A stretch of 64,000 nt of DNA. Origin: the human T2T-CHM13v2.0 reference genome, Homo sapiens. The notes under the pieces are model-generated. The model was not told the DNA's origin, searched no databases, and saw nothing but the letters and a program-made list of their open reading frames with translations. Location: assembly GCF_009914755.1 (NCBI RefSeq), contig NC_060929.1; one strand, given 5' to 3'. This document shows positions 1 to 13,549 of the stretch, one piece after another. Numbering within the stretch: the stretch's first letter is position 1; every line of letters starts with the position of its first letter. The translations under genes and the position numbers were made by a program.

Positions 1-388
1 CTTAGATTGTAGCAGGACTTCACTTTTGCCTATATTGTAGAACTGTAACATCCATTTTCTCTCTTCTTTGAAAACTAAAATTTACTGCCTTTAAATAAGT
101 GACAAAAATTATTAATGTTACCCCAGACAGTGTCACAAGTTTGAGAGGTGTGACAAGAACAATCCAATTTCTTTTAACTGATATGGAGGAAAAAATAAGG
201 TGCAGTTCAATATTAATTATTACCATAAGAAGATAAAAGGCTTGACAAGTAAACCTTGGTATGATGATCATATCTCATAAGAGGATAAGCCCCAGGGATC
301 ATCCATGCTCAGACTTGAGCTCCAGGGACATGGGAGATGTTCATCTTGGGACACAGACCTCAGCTGTGAGGGCACCAAAATAGCCCTC

Positions 389-753
389 TGTATTAGTCTG
401 TTCTCACATAGCTATTAAGATAAGAGATACCTGACACTGGGTGATTTTTGAAGGAAAGAGGTTTAATTGACTCGCAGTTCAGCATAGCTGGGGAGGCCTC
501 ATAAAACTTACAGTCATGGCAGAAGGGGAAGCAAACATGTCCTGCACATGGCAGCAGGAAGGAGACGTGCATAGTGAAGGGGGGGAAAGTATTTTATAAA
601 CGCATCAGATCTCGTGAGAACTCACTATCATGAGAACGGCATGGAGGGACTGCCCCCATGATCTAATAGCCCCTCCATGAGGTCGCTCCCCAACACATGG
701 GGATTACAATTCAACATGATATTTGGGTTGGGACACAAAGCCAGACCATATCA
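389..753 (-). mobile_element. Solo MaLR LTR, THE1 family (THE1C/D-like)
   Basis: TG...CA ends (tgtattagtc...accatatca) and typical THE1 body; flanked by direct repeat gccctc (383-388, 754-759); ATTAAA on minus strand. Confidence 0.88.
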
Positions 754-929
754 GCCCTCTTAATATAGAGTTCGTAAACCTAAGTGCCTTAGGTATACTT
801 TAGATATTTTATAATCAAAATATTTGGTTTGATTGATAACGTTACATTTTAGAGTAGGTTGTGCTTCTCATAAACAAATGGTTTTGGTTCAGAACCATGG
901 AGAGAGAAAAAGAGATTTAGAAATTTGTT

Positions 930-2305
930 ATTTATTTGTGGCAAGAACACTTAAACTCTTTCTGCAAATCTTTAATTGTAAAAGACAGTGTTGTTAATTA
1001 TAGGCACAATGTTGTATAGTAGATCTCTAGAACTTATTCATCTTGCTGAACTGAAACATTATACCCCTTGAAGGGCAACTTTCCATTTCTTCCTCCCCCT
1101 GCCAGCCCATGGCAATTGTCATTTTACTCTCTGTTTCCATGAGTTTGACTATTTTAGATACCTCACATAAGTGGAATCTTGCAGTATTTGTTCCTCTGTG
1201 ATGAGCTTACTGTACTTGGCATAATATCCTCTAGGTTAGTCCATGTTCGTTGGTTATAACGGAATTTCCTCTTTTTAAAGGTTAATATTCCATTGCATAT
1301 ATATGCTATATTTTCCTTATCCACTCATTTGTCAATAGATATTTAAGTTGTTTTCATAAACTGGCTATTATGAATAATGCTGCAGTGAACATGGGAGTGC
1401 AGATATCTCTTTTATATTGTAGTGTCTCATTTTTAAAGGATATATACCCATAAGTGGGATTGCTGGATCACATGGTGATTTTATTTTTAGTTTTTGGAGG
1501 AAGCTACATATCATTTCCCATAGTAGCTGTGGTCATTTTATATTCCCACCAACAGTCTACAAGAATTCCAATTTCCTCTATCCTCACCAACACTCATTGT
1601 ATTTTGTTTATTTACTTTTTGAAAGTAGCCATTATAACAATTGTGAGGTGATAATTGTGGTTCTGATTTGTATTTCCTTGATGATTAGTCATGTTGAGCA
1701 TCTTTTTATATACCTGTTGGCCATTTGTTTGTCGTCTTTGGAGAAATGTCTATTTAAATTTTTTGCCCATTTTTGAATAGGATTATTTGTTTTATTCTGT
1801 TGAGCTGTAGGAGATCCACATATATTAGATATTAATCACTTGTCAGATATATGGTTTGCAGTCTGCAGAATGCAGTCAATCTGATGTATGGTTCCCAATC
1901 TGCAGGTTGCTTTTATTCTGTTGATTGTTTCCTTTGCCGTGCAGAGCTTTTTGGTTTAATTCCACTTATCTAATTTTGTTTTGTTTGTGCTTTTGCTATC
2001 ATATCCAAGGAATCATTGCTCAGACAGTGCCATGGAGTTTTTACCCTATGTTTTCTTCTAGGAGTTTTATAGTTTTAGATCTTAAATTTAAAACTTCAAT
2101 TTATTTTAAATTGGTTTCTGTGCATGGTGTAAGATAAGGGTACAATTTGCATGCTATATACAGTCTCTTAGCACCATTTGTTGAAGAGGCTATCCTTTAT
2201 GAATTGGGTATTCTTGATACCCTTGTCAAAGATCAGTTTACCATATATGCATGCTTTTGTTCTTGGCTCTGTATTCTGTTTCATTAGCCTATAGATCTGT
2301 TTTTG
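930..2305 (-). mobile_element. Old L1 (L1MA-type) 3' UTR and ORF2 end, degraded
   Basis: Antisense L1M motifs agatctctagaacttattcatct, gtgggattgctggatca, ggagaaatgtctattt, agcaccatttgttgaagag. Boundaries approximate. Confidence 0.85.
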
Positions 2306-3400
2306 ATTAGAAACTTTTAATACTAAGAACAACAATCATGATTCTGTCTGTGTGTTTGTATGTGTTTTTCAAAATATTAAAAGTATGTCCAATTTTTTAT
2401 GATTATAAAAGTAATATGTATCAAATGTTAAAAAGTCATAAAGAAAATTAAAATTACCAATAACACCAACCTGGGTTCAATCAATGATATCTGCCTCTGC
2501 TAAGACGTGCCTACCATAAAACGTCAGGAACTGAAAATAACATATTTTCTGTACTATCTCATTCTATTATCCAACAACCACGTGAAGAGATTATTATCCC
2601 TACATTATGGATGGAAAAAATGAAGCTCATGGATTTAAATGTCCTATATTAATCTTAGAGGGTTAGAATACAGGTAACTTTAATTAGTCTTTATATTTTT
2701 CACTTCCCATTTTCATAGTTATGTATGCTTTATTCATCTAAAACACAAACTTTCCACAAGAGAAAAAAACAATTTCTGTCACTGTTGGAGGAAAATGGGG
2801 AAGATGTACTAATTCATAAATATAATTATTTAAATTTGAATAGGCCAAAGCTTTGAAGACTTAGTCTGCAAAATTATTCTACCAAGTGCTAATTATACCT
2901 TAATATTCCATAGTGAAGAATTCATTCTATTTCCTTGTGTACTTCTTACTATTTTTGTTATTATTGTCATTATTATTGTCAATACTCTCATCATGAATAA
3001 TATCTTAGTGACAACATGATTAGAGAAAATGATCATGGCTAGGGTATACACTCAACATGACTTATGTTAAAATCATTCTAAATTTAAATGTAACAACCTT
3101 CTAATAAGAAAAATTAGGCTGACTGACAGAAGCAAATGGTTTTGCCAATCCACTTGGTATCTTCATAAATGATTTCCCTTTAATGACTTTATGTATTTTT
3201 TGGCTACTTTTTCATCACAGTGTGAAATTGAGGGATATGTACGATTATAAATTGAGTGTATATGACTAGTGTTATTTAGATTTGGGGAACAGTACACTGA
3301 CTATGTTTATATCAAGCATTATGTGGTTAAGAAGCTTGGAAGCAAATGAGTCAATTCACAAGAAATGAACTTTTTAAACACTATTTGGTATATCTAAGAT

Positions 3401-3476
3401 ATCTGTGTGAGTTGAGGGAATTGCCAAATATAACGATCTGTATGAGTTGAGGGAATTGCCAAATATAACAATCTGT
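3401..3476. repeat. 35-bp tandem duplication (2.2 copies)
   Basis: atctgt(g/a)tgagttgagggaattgccaaatataac(g/a) at 3401-3435 and 3436-3470, then atctgt. Confidence 0.95.
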
Positions 3477-4479
3477 TTACTGACTGTGAATTAACTATTG
3501 ATTAACGATAGAGAGATATGGGACTGATCCAACTACCACATACAATGAAGTGTCATGAAACACAAAATATGTTTTTTAAAAAGGATAAAGCAGTTTTCTG
3601 TTATTTAAAGTTTCAGCTGTTATATGTGTACATCTCAAAAGAGAAGACACACTGCACTTGATTTATAATTTTGAGTTGTTCTTTCTTTAAGAACATATTT
3701 CTGGAGGAAAAAACTGTATAGGAACATTTGTTTATTTATTTATATTTTTCAGTTTTTCTGATTTGTTGAAGAAATGGATGGAACTAAAAATTACCACATG
3801 TCCTTTTTCTGGTTCAGTAACTTTTCCTTTGCTGATGAAGACAATGCTATCCTTAGGTTTGTAATTCAGAGCCATTCGATATAGTTCTGCTGTTTTATGA
3901 CACCACTTTTAATATTTGATACTCCCTTAACTAAGAGGAGAATTTATAAATATATTTAGTAACAAAGTAACAATTTAAAACAGTCAAAAGGTTAAAAAAA
4001 TTATATTTTCAAATAAGCTAATTTGGGTAATTTCTCTATTTTTCTAATGATATAATTTTACATGTTCTTAGTTTTCTTATTACAAAATAAATTTTTACAG
4101 TGACGGTAAACTTTGCATAATCATGGGAATTGGAATACTATTGCTTTCACAAAAATATAGATTAATAATTACAGACAGGTTTTTATAATTTGCTCTTTTG
4201 TAAATTGACTCTGGGACTCCTCTTCTGTAACTAAAAGGCAGACACTCCAAAATGTGCAAACGAATTGTACTCCAAGAGTTCAAATGTGAGTTTCTTATTT
4301 CTACAATGACTTGCTTGTCAAGTCAACATAAAACCAGCTCAGCTAGCATATAGTTTGCCAGGAATCTGGAATTCCAGAGTCCTTGGGTAAGGTGGGAGGA
4401 ATGAGGATGAGCCAGGGAGGTGGGTAAAGCAGGGGAGGTTGTAGCACCAGTTCCCGGCCTGTCCTCCTTCCTTGTCAGC

Positions 4480-4881
4480 ACCACCTAATTTTGCTTGGAC
4501 CAGCACTGTGCTTACCCCTGGTGAGATAGTTACTTTTCCAGCCTCCTTGGTACCTAGGAGGGACCATATGCCCCAGGATTTGCCCATGAGCTATGGGAGG
4601 GAAACAGAAGGGAGACATCTGAAAAGGAGACCCCATGGCTGAGGCTGTCTTCCCGCCATGTTTTTATGCCTTGAATGTGGCAGCTGTGGCAACTGTGAGT
4701 GGAGTTGGGCAGTATTTCCCGCCAGTAGGTGGCTCTAACAGGAGTGAGCTTCTAAAGTAACATGAGCAGTTAACTACTTTTAGATTCCTTGTTAGAGGAG
4801 AAAAAACATACCCCAAATTGTTTAAGCCACTGAAATTCCAGCATCCTGTTTCTCGTGGCTCACGGCATTCTTATCTAATAC
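4480..4881 (+). mobile_element. Ancient ERVL/MaLR-type LTR fragment (LTR16/LTR33-like)
   Basis: tacttttccagcctccttgg...ggaccatatg and 3' end ttgtttaagccactg...cattcttatctaatac resemble ERVL LTR consensus motifs; family uncertain. Confidence 0.55.
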
Positions 4882-5298
4882 CAACCAGCATTTGGGCTGT
4901 TTTTGTCTCTCCCTTCTTCACCTTTAATTCCTTTTCTTCTTCCTCTTCCCAATGAGGTGTGTGCATGCGTGTGCATCAGGTTAAGTTGAGGTTGTGGGAA
5001 AAAAGCAGCAGTAGAAATGGGAGATATTTTGCTCCATGCCCCTTTCTCTTGCCTTAAACAGCAGCTTTTCTTATTTTTTGAGAGATGGGAAAATAAAAGG
5101 GACAGAGTAATATTTGGAATTGGAGGGTCTGCAGGGGTTAAAGGAGTAAAATAGGAAAAAGGAAAACCCTGGTATCCCCAGGATGGGACTAGGAATTGAC
5201 TGCACCTGACGTTTGAGCGCAGTCATGGCTACAAAACAGAAACCTTGTATTAAGCCCAAATAGCTAAGTGGGCTGCCTGATATAAACAAGTATATCAT

Positions 5299-5620
<322 letters not shown>

Positions 5621-8600
5621 CTATTTTCCAAAGAATTTTAGAGGCTTGAGTAGCAGAAGAAAGGAGCCAGTCTGTTTGCCATTCACTGCAAGGGAGAGTT
5701 GCATCTCCCCTCCCAGGTTGGAAAAGTTAGCGTTCACAAGCAGTTGAAATTCGGGAGAACTCAGCATGTTCCTAGCCAGGACCTAAGGGACCACCTCGTG
5801 CAGCGAGCTGCCAGCCATCTGGCTGTGTTGTCACATTGGACCTGGGCCACTGGAGGGTTTCCGTGGTGTGATGGCCAGATGGCCAACACCTCTCTGAGAT
5901 CAGGCCATTTGAATCACTAGAAGGTGATTAGTTTTCTGGTCTTTGTAGGTTGGTTCTTCATATAACCTAGGAACAGTCAGAAAAACTCTGGGGAAGAAAA
6001 AGACGTTCAGAATCACATCCCTCCACAGCTGCCTGTTAAAGGACATGATTAAAAAATAGTCATTAAGTGCCTCTCCCTGGAAAAAAAATGAATTATTTTC
6101 TTGAATTGGACTTAAACATTTCATGGCTACGTGCATTCTAATTGGCCCCAGAACAGCTTACATCTGCTGTTTCCCGGAAACAGCTTAATAAACAATGGGA
6201 AAACGCATAGACAGCTGTCTTAAAACATCACAGACAAGAAAGCCTGTTTATATTTCAATTTCCCAATGTCTGATAGCACGAGTTAAGGCAACTCTATTCC
6301 TTCAACTCTGTTTTAAATGTGAGGGCAGCAAACAGTGTTGCTTAAATGGAAAAGGACCAATGTGGAGAGATGCATATTTTCCCTGAAAAGTAGAGGCTGT
6401 GCCCTGGTTGTGAAGAATTGGATCTTAGAATTATTATTTTTATATCCCTCTAACTCTTGTTAAAAAATGTGCAGTATGTCCTCATAAATGCTATCTAAAA
6501 TCCATGGACAATAAACTAAATTGTTTTTCACGTACAAATTTGTTGCTTCATTGTAGGTAGGTGAAGAACATGTCAAAAGGGGGCTGAGTACTACATGACT
6601 GAGAATTTATTTGAAAAATGAAATGCACCAAGCCTGATGATCTATTTTGGATCTATTAAGGGAGTAGTACTAAATGCATCCTACCAGTCAGCCTTCCTTG
6701 GATTTAGTCCTCCAGCATTTGCCATCAGCCCTCACCTAACTTTAATTTCCCCTACCTCTTTTTTTCCACATCCATAATTCCCCAGATCTCTTTGACTATT
6801 TCTAGTGTTGTCAATGCCAACTCCTGACTCCCTGCAACATCTCAACGTGGCATTCCTCACACTCCCCCTTGTCTCTTTTGAAACACATTGGCTTTGTATT
6901 CAATTCCGGTAAGGCTGGTTGTAGTTATTCAAATGTTTGTTGATTGATGTACTAGTCTAAATATTAATTGAGATGCCATCTTTATGACTGATCCCTCCCT
7001 GCACTGGTCACACCAAATAACACACATGCATTTTAACAAGAGCTTTTAACACTCTGATACCACAAAGGCAAATGTGGAACATCAACCATCTGGCAGTGTG
7101 GGTTGTGATTATCTGTAAGGCTCACAGCGTCATTCAGCTCATTATATACGCATGGTGCATATATTCACTGAGGGGGAACCTAATAAGGCCTTATGGAGCC
7201 AATATGAGAGAGCCGACTGCCATAAGAGTGGTGAAATATCTCATAATAATAACAGCTTGAAGAATTTGCTTTGCCAAAACTATTTTCAGTTAGAAGTAAA
7301 TGACAGGAATGTTTTAATAAGCTACTTGAGGTGGGGGCTGGGCCCACCAAGGAACATGCCAGAGTGACATTGCCTGGGGGTTCTGGCCCTTAGCTTTGGG
7401 TGCCATGAGGTTAAGAGGGCATTAGGGGGCAAGTGAGCACTGCCCCTGGTGTTGGCTTTCTCTTTTTCTCCACAAGGTGCATGGCCCCAAATCAGCATTC
7501 ACAATGCTGCTTTCCCCTAGCTTTATTAAGGTGTACTTGACAAATGAAAATTTTACCTATTTAAAGCATAGACATGGGAAAAGTTCCCTTATCCCCCTCT
7601 CAGGGCATGTGATGGGAATGTGGAGTGCTTCTTCAGTGCCCTGCTGCTCAGGCCTCTAGGGGAGCATACAGACCGGCAGGCTGCGGGGCTCCAACCCCAT
7701 TGCAGTGTCTAGGGGTGAATGTTTGCAGCTGAAATCCCAGTGGGCATGTGCTCTTTTAGTTTAGCCTTCCATACACAGCTTGTGTTAGTCAGCTCAATTA
7801 GACCCCCTGCCTTAACACAAAGACAGAGGGCTTTCTGTTTCCTGGGGTTCTTGCCTTGTTGTACCAGAAGAATCAGATCACACGTGGGCTTGGAGAGTGA
7901 GTGTGAAGTTTTATCGAGTGGAAGTATCTCTCAGCAGATGGGAGCACCAGAAGGGAGATGATTTTCCCCACTCGGCAGCCCGACTCTTCTCCAACTGCCT
8001 GGCCAAACTCCATGTTGTTCCACCAGTTCGTGGCCTGCTGGCATGCTGGTGTGCTCCTACACTGCTGTGTTCCTCTCGGTATCCAGCTGCCCATGTGTTC
8101 CTCTACTGATGTGCTCCTTTCAACGTCCAGCCATCTGTGTGTCTACCTGCTAGGGTTTTGGGATTTTTATAGGCACAGGATCAGGCATGGCGGGCCAGAG
8201 TGGTCTTGGAAAACGCAACATTTGAGTGAGAAGGCAGGAGTGCCTGTCCTCACCTAGGTCCATGGGCACAGGCCTAGAGGGTGGAGCCCTAGCCAGGGAC
8301 CCACCTTTCTCTACCCAGCACTTCGCTGCCCCCCTTCCATATCATTTCCCCCCTCTGAAGAGGTACATCTAATTGCCATTAGAATATGGATGATGACCCT
8401 TCTGCTGACAGTGGGTGTTGTTTTGGGGGAAACAGCAGTCAGAGTCCTCCCAGAGGTCTAGCTAAGGATTTCTAGCAAAGGGGAGCCATTGTCCGAGGCT
8501 CTGATTGCCTGACCATTTGGAGTTTGATGGCTTCTAGGCATGAGAGAAAAAACAGTTATATAAAGTGAAGTATGCATGGGTTAGATATGTGTATTATACA

Positions 8601-8846
8601 AGAAAATAATTTAGTTCAAAAGATTACTGAGATAAGAAGTGAAATATACTAACAACAATACCATATCTTGAGCTGTTTCATCCTGGTGAAATAAATTAAA
8701 CATTGTATGGGAGCAGTTAAACTTTAGAAGAGCAATAACTGTTCTTGCCATAGCTTCAGCAGTTAACAGGTGCACCCTGGGAATTCCGGGGTTTGTGGGC
8801 TTGCACAGTGGCCATTAAAGCTTCTGTCTCTTTCTTGTGTCTCCCT

Positions 8847-9965
8847 TTATCTCTTGTAGAAGACCGAGGTGGCCACTTTCAGGAGGTCTTCTAAGGTACT
8901 ATCTGGCCCCTGGGCCTGTTTCTGCAGCTTCCTCCTGATGTCAGGAGCTGCCTGAGTAATAAATTTATCCTTTAGGATTAGCTGTCCCTTGACTGAATCA
9001 GGAGATAGAGAGGTGTGCTTTACCAAAGCCTCTCTTAGCCTCTCCAGGAAGGCAGTGGGATTTTCATCAAATCCCTGGTAGATCATGGACAACTTAGTGT
9101 AATTGAGAGGCTTGGTGTTAGTCCTACATAAGACCTCCATTATGGACACCTGAAAGTGTCTCCTCTTCCTGTCTTCCATCTTGTCACTGGGATCCTATTT
9201 AGGATCATTCACAGGTACTGCTTCTCTCCCAGTTGGATAAAGTTCACCCCCTTCCCTGATGCTATATGTGATACAAAGCTCATCCCCATATCTCTCTGCT
9301 GCTTGCAGAGTGGCCTGTTTCTCAGTGTCCTATTCAAAAGTAACATAATGTCTCTCCAGGAGAGTTCAAATGTTTGAGTGAAATTTCGAAAAGCCTCTAT
9401 GTGTCTATCAAGGTCATCTGAAAACGTGCCAAGATCCCCCTTAAACTGCTTTAAGTTCTGTAGGGAAAAGAGAACTTGGCCTTTACTAGGCCCAAATTCA
9501 CTGGGCATTTGTTGGAGGGGCAAGAGTGAGACCAGGGCTTGTTTAGGATGAGGATTTCTAGGAGGGGGCAAGTGAGAGGCTGAAGCTGGATAGGGAGATT
9601 AGGGTGGACCCAGAGGAACAGGGCTTGAAGGAGCTGACTCCTCTGCTGGGAGTGCCTCTGGGACTTGCATCTTTAATTCCCTGGGCTTGCCCCTTGCCAC
9701 CTTCCTGAGACTGCAAACAGGAGGGCTGGATCAATCCTACATTGTCGGCAAAGGTCTGGATTGTCTTGCAAGGTATAGAAAGCCTGCACATGTGGGGCCT
9801 CAGACCATCTGTCCTCCTGTCTACAGAAAAGTTCCAATTGCCGATGCTATTGAGATGAATGGTCTCTTTCTGAGGCCAAGCCAGTCCTTCCCGTAAATAA
9901 TAGTTTGGCCAAGCCTTTGTGCAGAGGGCTATGAGGTGCTTTTTACTCCAGATTCTGAGAGTCAA
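8847..9965 (-). pseudogene. gag: Disrupted gammaretrovirus-like gag (matrix/capsid remnants)
   Basis: Peptides QGFDENPTAFLERLREALVKHT..LKDKFITQAAPDIRRKLQK (major homology region), FSLQNLKQFKGDLGTFSDD and CTKAWPNY lie in different frames. Confidence 0.88.
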
Positions 9966-11278
9966 AGCAGTCCCAATGGTTCAGGATACACTCCAGAGGA
10001 GTATAAGCTGGGGGTGGTGAAGAGAACTGCTTGCCTATTCTGAAAGAGATTGGAATAGAGACATCCCTCATTCCCTTCCTTCTTTCAGTGAAAATTCAGG
10101 GTGTGATGGAGAGAGAAAGTGAGCATCCTCCCTTCACTCTCCACTTCTTATCCCTGAGCCCCAGTGACCTTTGCAGGTGCTGGCCATAGGTACCAATGCG
10201 GTATGTATCCATGAAGCAGGAAAAACCTGGAAATAGGAATTAACTGCCCTCACCTATGCCTCCCTTTCTCCTTGCTGTCGACAACCTTTGAGTTCCCTGG
10301 GCCTGTTTATGCCGTGAAGCATGGCCTCCTTCCATGGGGTGGGGTTCAGTCGGCAGGAATTGGTCCTGCCCATTTACATTGTGCCTGTTGCCTGGGTTTG
10401 GATCCCTCAGACCTGTTTTTTTCTTTCTAGGGCCTCAGCCTTAAGCTTGGAATCAAGTTTGGGACTGAAAATGTATTTCAGAGCCTGTTTGTATCCATTT
10501 AGTGTCTCAAATAAGCCCTGCCAAATTTGCAGTTCTCAGCCAGCAGGGGCCACTCCTCTGTTAACTTCCCTATCAGAAACAGAGTGGGGGTGGGGGTCTT
10601 CTCACTTAGAAAAGGAAAAAAGAGAAAAACCATTTAAGTGCAAAAAGTGGGATATTGAGAGGGAGGAACCTCTTGTTTAGTGCAACTTGGCATTTCTAAT
10701 CCTTATAACTTTCCCCCAGTTCAGCCCGGGTTGAATTCTTTGGCCAGGGGAGGAAAGATTCCATTGGCACAGCAGGCGAGAAGCAACCATCTGTTAGACC
10801 TGTGGGGTCACGGTTACTACCGTGGCTTTCTCCTGCCTACATTGTGGCTGTTGGGCTCCACCTTTGCCGGCTGTGGGCCTGCCCAGGCACCTGAGCTGGG
10901 AGGGGAGAGGGTAATGGGAGGTGCCCTGAGCCATGCGTGCCTGTAGCTATTGTGGTGGAGTCATAGACCATACCTCTAAGAACAGTTTATCTGATTTGCA
11001 CCTTTGGTGACTGATCCAAGTGCTTACTTTAGTTAGTAACATTGCCATAGCCTGTAGCAAAACTCTTAACATTATAAAGTAAGAGGTAAGAGCCATTTCA
11101 AACCTTGTGAGAGAGAAAAGAGACAAAGTCTGGGGGTTTTGACCATCCTGGTTAGGGTGGCTTGAAACTCTGTGAAGGGAAACAGAGCCTGTTACTCACA
11201 GGAAAGAGAGAAGGTGGCAGGGTTTTGGGAAAGAGGGAGACCTGACAGTTTCACATTTGCTCACACTCACCTTCTGAG

Positions 11279-11296
11279 ATCCTGGACGAGCCCCCA
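11279..11296 (-). promoter_or_regulatory. Primer binding site, tRNA-Pro
   Basis: Minus strand tgggggctcgtccaggat matches TGGGGGCTCGTCCGGGAT at 17/18, next to the 5' LTR. Confidence 0.93.
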
Positions 11297-13549
11297 GTAA
11301 AAATGAGAAAACTTTCCTTGTCCCCCTCACAGCGTGTGTGATGGGGGTGTGGCTTGCTTCTTCAATGCCATGCTGTTCAAACCTCAAGGGGAGCATGCAG
11401 ATGGGCAGGCTATGGGGCTCTGACCCCACGGCATTGTCTAGGGGTGAATGTTTGCAGCTGAAGCCCCAGTGGGTGAGTGTTACAGGGTGCTCTTTCAGTT
11501 TAACCATCCATAGGCAGCTTGTGTTAGTCAGCTCAGTTAGACCCCTGCATTATCACAAGGACAGAGGGCTTTCTGTATCCTGGAGTTCTTGCCTTGGTGT
11601 ACCAGAAGAATCAGCTGAAACGTGGGCTTGGAGAATGAGTGCAAAGTTTTATCGAGTGGAAGTAGTTCTCAGCAGATGGCAGAGCCAGAAGGGAGACAGT
11701 TTTCCCCTGGAGTAAGGCCGCTTGGTGGCCTGACTCTTCTCCAACCACCCCAGCCAAACTCTGCGTCTTTCCACCAGTTGATGGCCTACCAGTATGCCGG
11801 TGTGCTCCTACACCAGTACGTTCCTCTCGAAGTCCAGCTGCCTGTGCATTCCTCTGCTAATTTGCTCCTGTCAATGTCCAACCACCTGTGTGTCTGCCTG
11901 CTAGGGTCTTGGGATTTTTATAGGCACAGGATGGGGGCGTGGTGGGCCAGGGTGGTCTTGGGAAATGCAACATTTGGGCATGAAGTCAGGAGTGCCTCTC
12001 TCACCTAGGTCCATGGGCACAGGCCTGAGGGTGGAGCCCTAGCCAGGGACCCACCTTTCTCTACCCAGCACTTCCCTGTCCCCTTTCCATGTCAGCATGA
12101 AACATGATGTTTTGATATACATTGTGAAAGGATTACCACAATCAAGCTAATTAATATATCTGTTACTTAACATAGTTACAAGTTTTTTGTATGTTGAGAT
12201 TGCCTAAGAGCAATTATTTTAGCAAATTTCATGACTGCCATACAGTATTGTTATCTTTAGTTACAATGCTGTATGGTAGATTTCCAGAGCTTATTCATCT
12301 TGTGTACCTAAACCTTTGTACTCTTTGGCCAACATCTGCTCATTTCCTCAATGCTCCTGCCCCCTGGAAACCACCATTCTACTCTTTGCTTTTGTGAGTT
12401 GGACTTTTTTAGATTACTTCATAATATTTCCCATAATGGTTATATCAATTTACATTCCCACCAACAGTGTACAAGTGTCCTCTTTCTTTATATCTTTGCC
12501 AATTCTTGTTATATTTTGTCATTTTGATAATAGCCATTCTGGCAAGTGTCAGCTGATGTCTCAATGTGGTTTTAATTTGCATTTTCCTGATGATTAGCAC
12601 CTTTTCATATACTCATTGGCCATTTGTATATCTTTGGGAAAATGTTTATGCATCTCTTTAGCCCATTTTTAAAATCAGGTTATTTATTTATTTGCTATTT
12701 TTTTTGGCTGTTGAGTTGAGTTCCTTACATATTTTGAATATTAACCATTTATGAGATATATGGTTTGTTAATATTTTCTCCCACTTTGTACATTGCCTTT
12801 TCATTTTCTTGATTGTTTCCTTTGCTGTGCAGAAGCTTTTCATTTTGATGCAGTCTAACTTGTCTATTTTTGCTTTTGTTGTCTATACCTTTGCTGTAAT
12901 ATCCAAAAAAATCCATTGCCCTAATAAATGTCAAGAAGCCCTTTCCCTATGTTTAATGGTTTCATTCACAACACTTTTGCTTATCTTTAAAATATTAGCT
13001 TGAAGAGGATAAAATTATTCATTTGTGTAGGACACTTAGTTCTCAATGTAGCTCTGCCAATAAGAAAAGGTGAGAAAAACTGAGTATGTGACATGAGGGA
13101 TTTTGGAATACAGGTGGTATTTCATATTTCCTCCCAACTTGAAATCAAAATGTGAGATAAAGAACATGGAACTATTGAATTTTACTTCATGCCTAATTTA
13201 AACCAACATTACCTGATAATGATAAGTGCAGAACATTTTTCTGACTCTAATGAAATCATTTATTTAGTCATTAGGCCAATTTAGGTTTTGACCTTTGAGA
13301 AGATAGGTTATGTTATACAGCAAAATTCCAAATTTCAAAGTGATAAATAACATATTCACTTGTTCTCTTTCTTCTCCATATTTTTCTTCTTATTTGAAAT
13401 AACAAATTGAAATGTTTATTTCTTGGGAGAATTTAGGCTATTTAGAAACAATAATTTGGGAGTATATATGAAGCATTTTGTTTTAATTCAAAGATTTAAG
13501 ATAGTGTATACTTATCTCTGGCTATGTATACCATTTAGTTCTGCTTATT

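Larger units (their letters stand above)
7570..12094 (-). mobile_element. Non-autonomous ERV1 provirus, HUERS-P2/LTR1-like, with two LTRs
   Basis: Direct repeats of ~780-800 bp at 7570-8344 and 11298-12094; tRNA-Pro PBS; polypurine tract at 8345-8356; gag remnants; 4-bp TSD gcat. Confidence 0.88.
7515..12950 (-). mobile_element. L1MA-type 3' fragment split by the ERV at 7570-12094
   Basis: ctttattaaggtgtacttgacaaatgaaaa...tttaaagcat (to 7569) resumes at 12095 as gcatgaaacatgatgttttgatatacattgtgaaaggattaccacaatcaagc, a contiguous antisense L1MA end. Confidence 0.8.
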
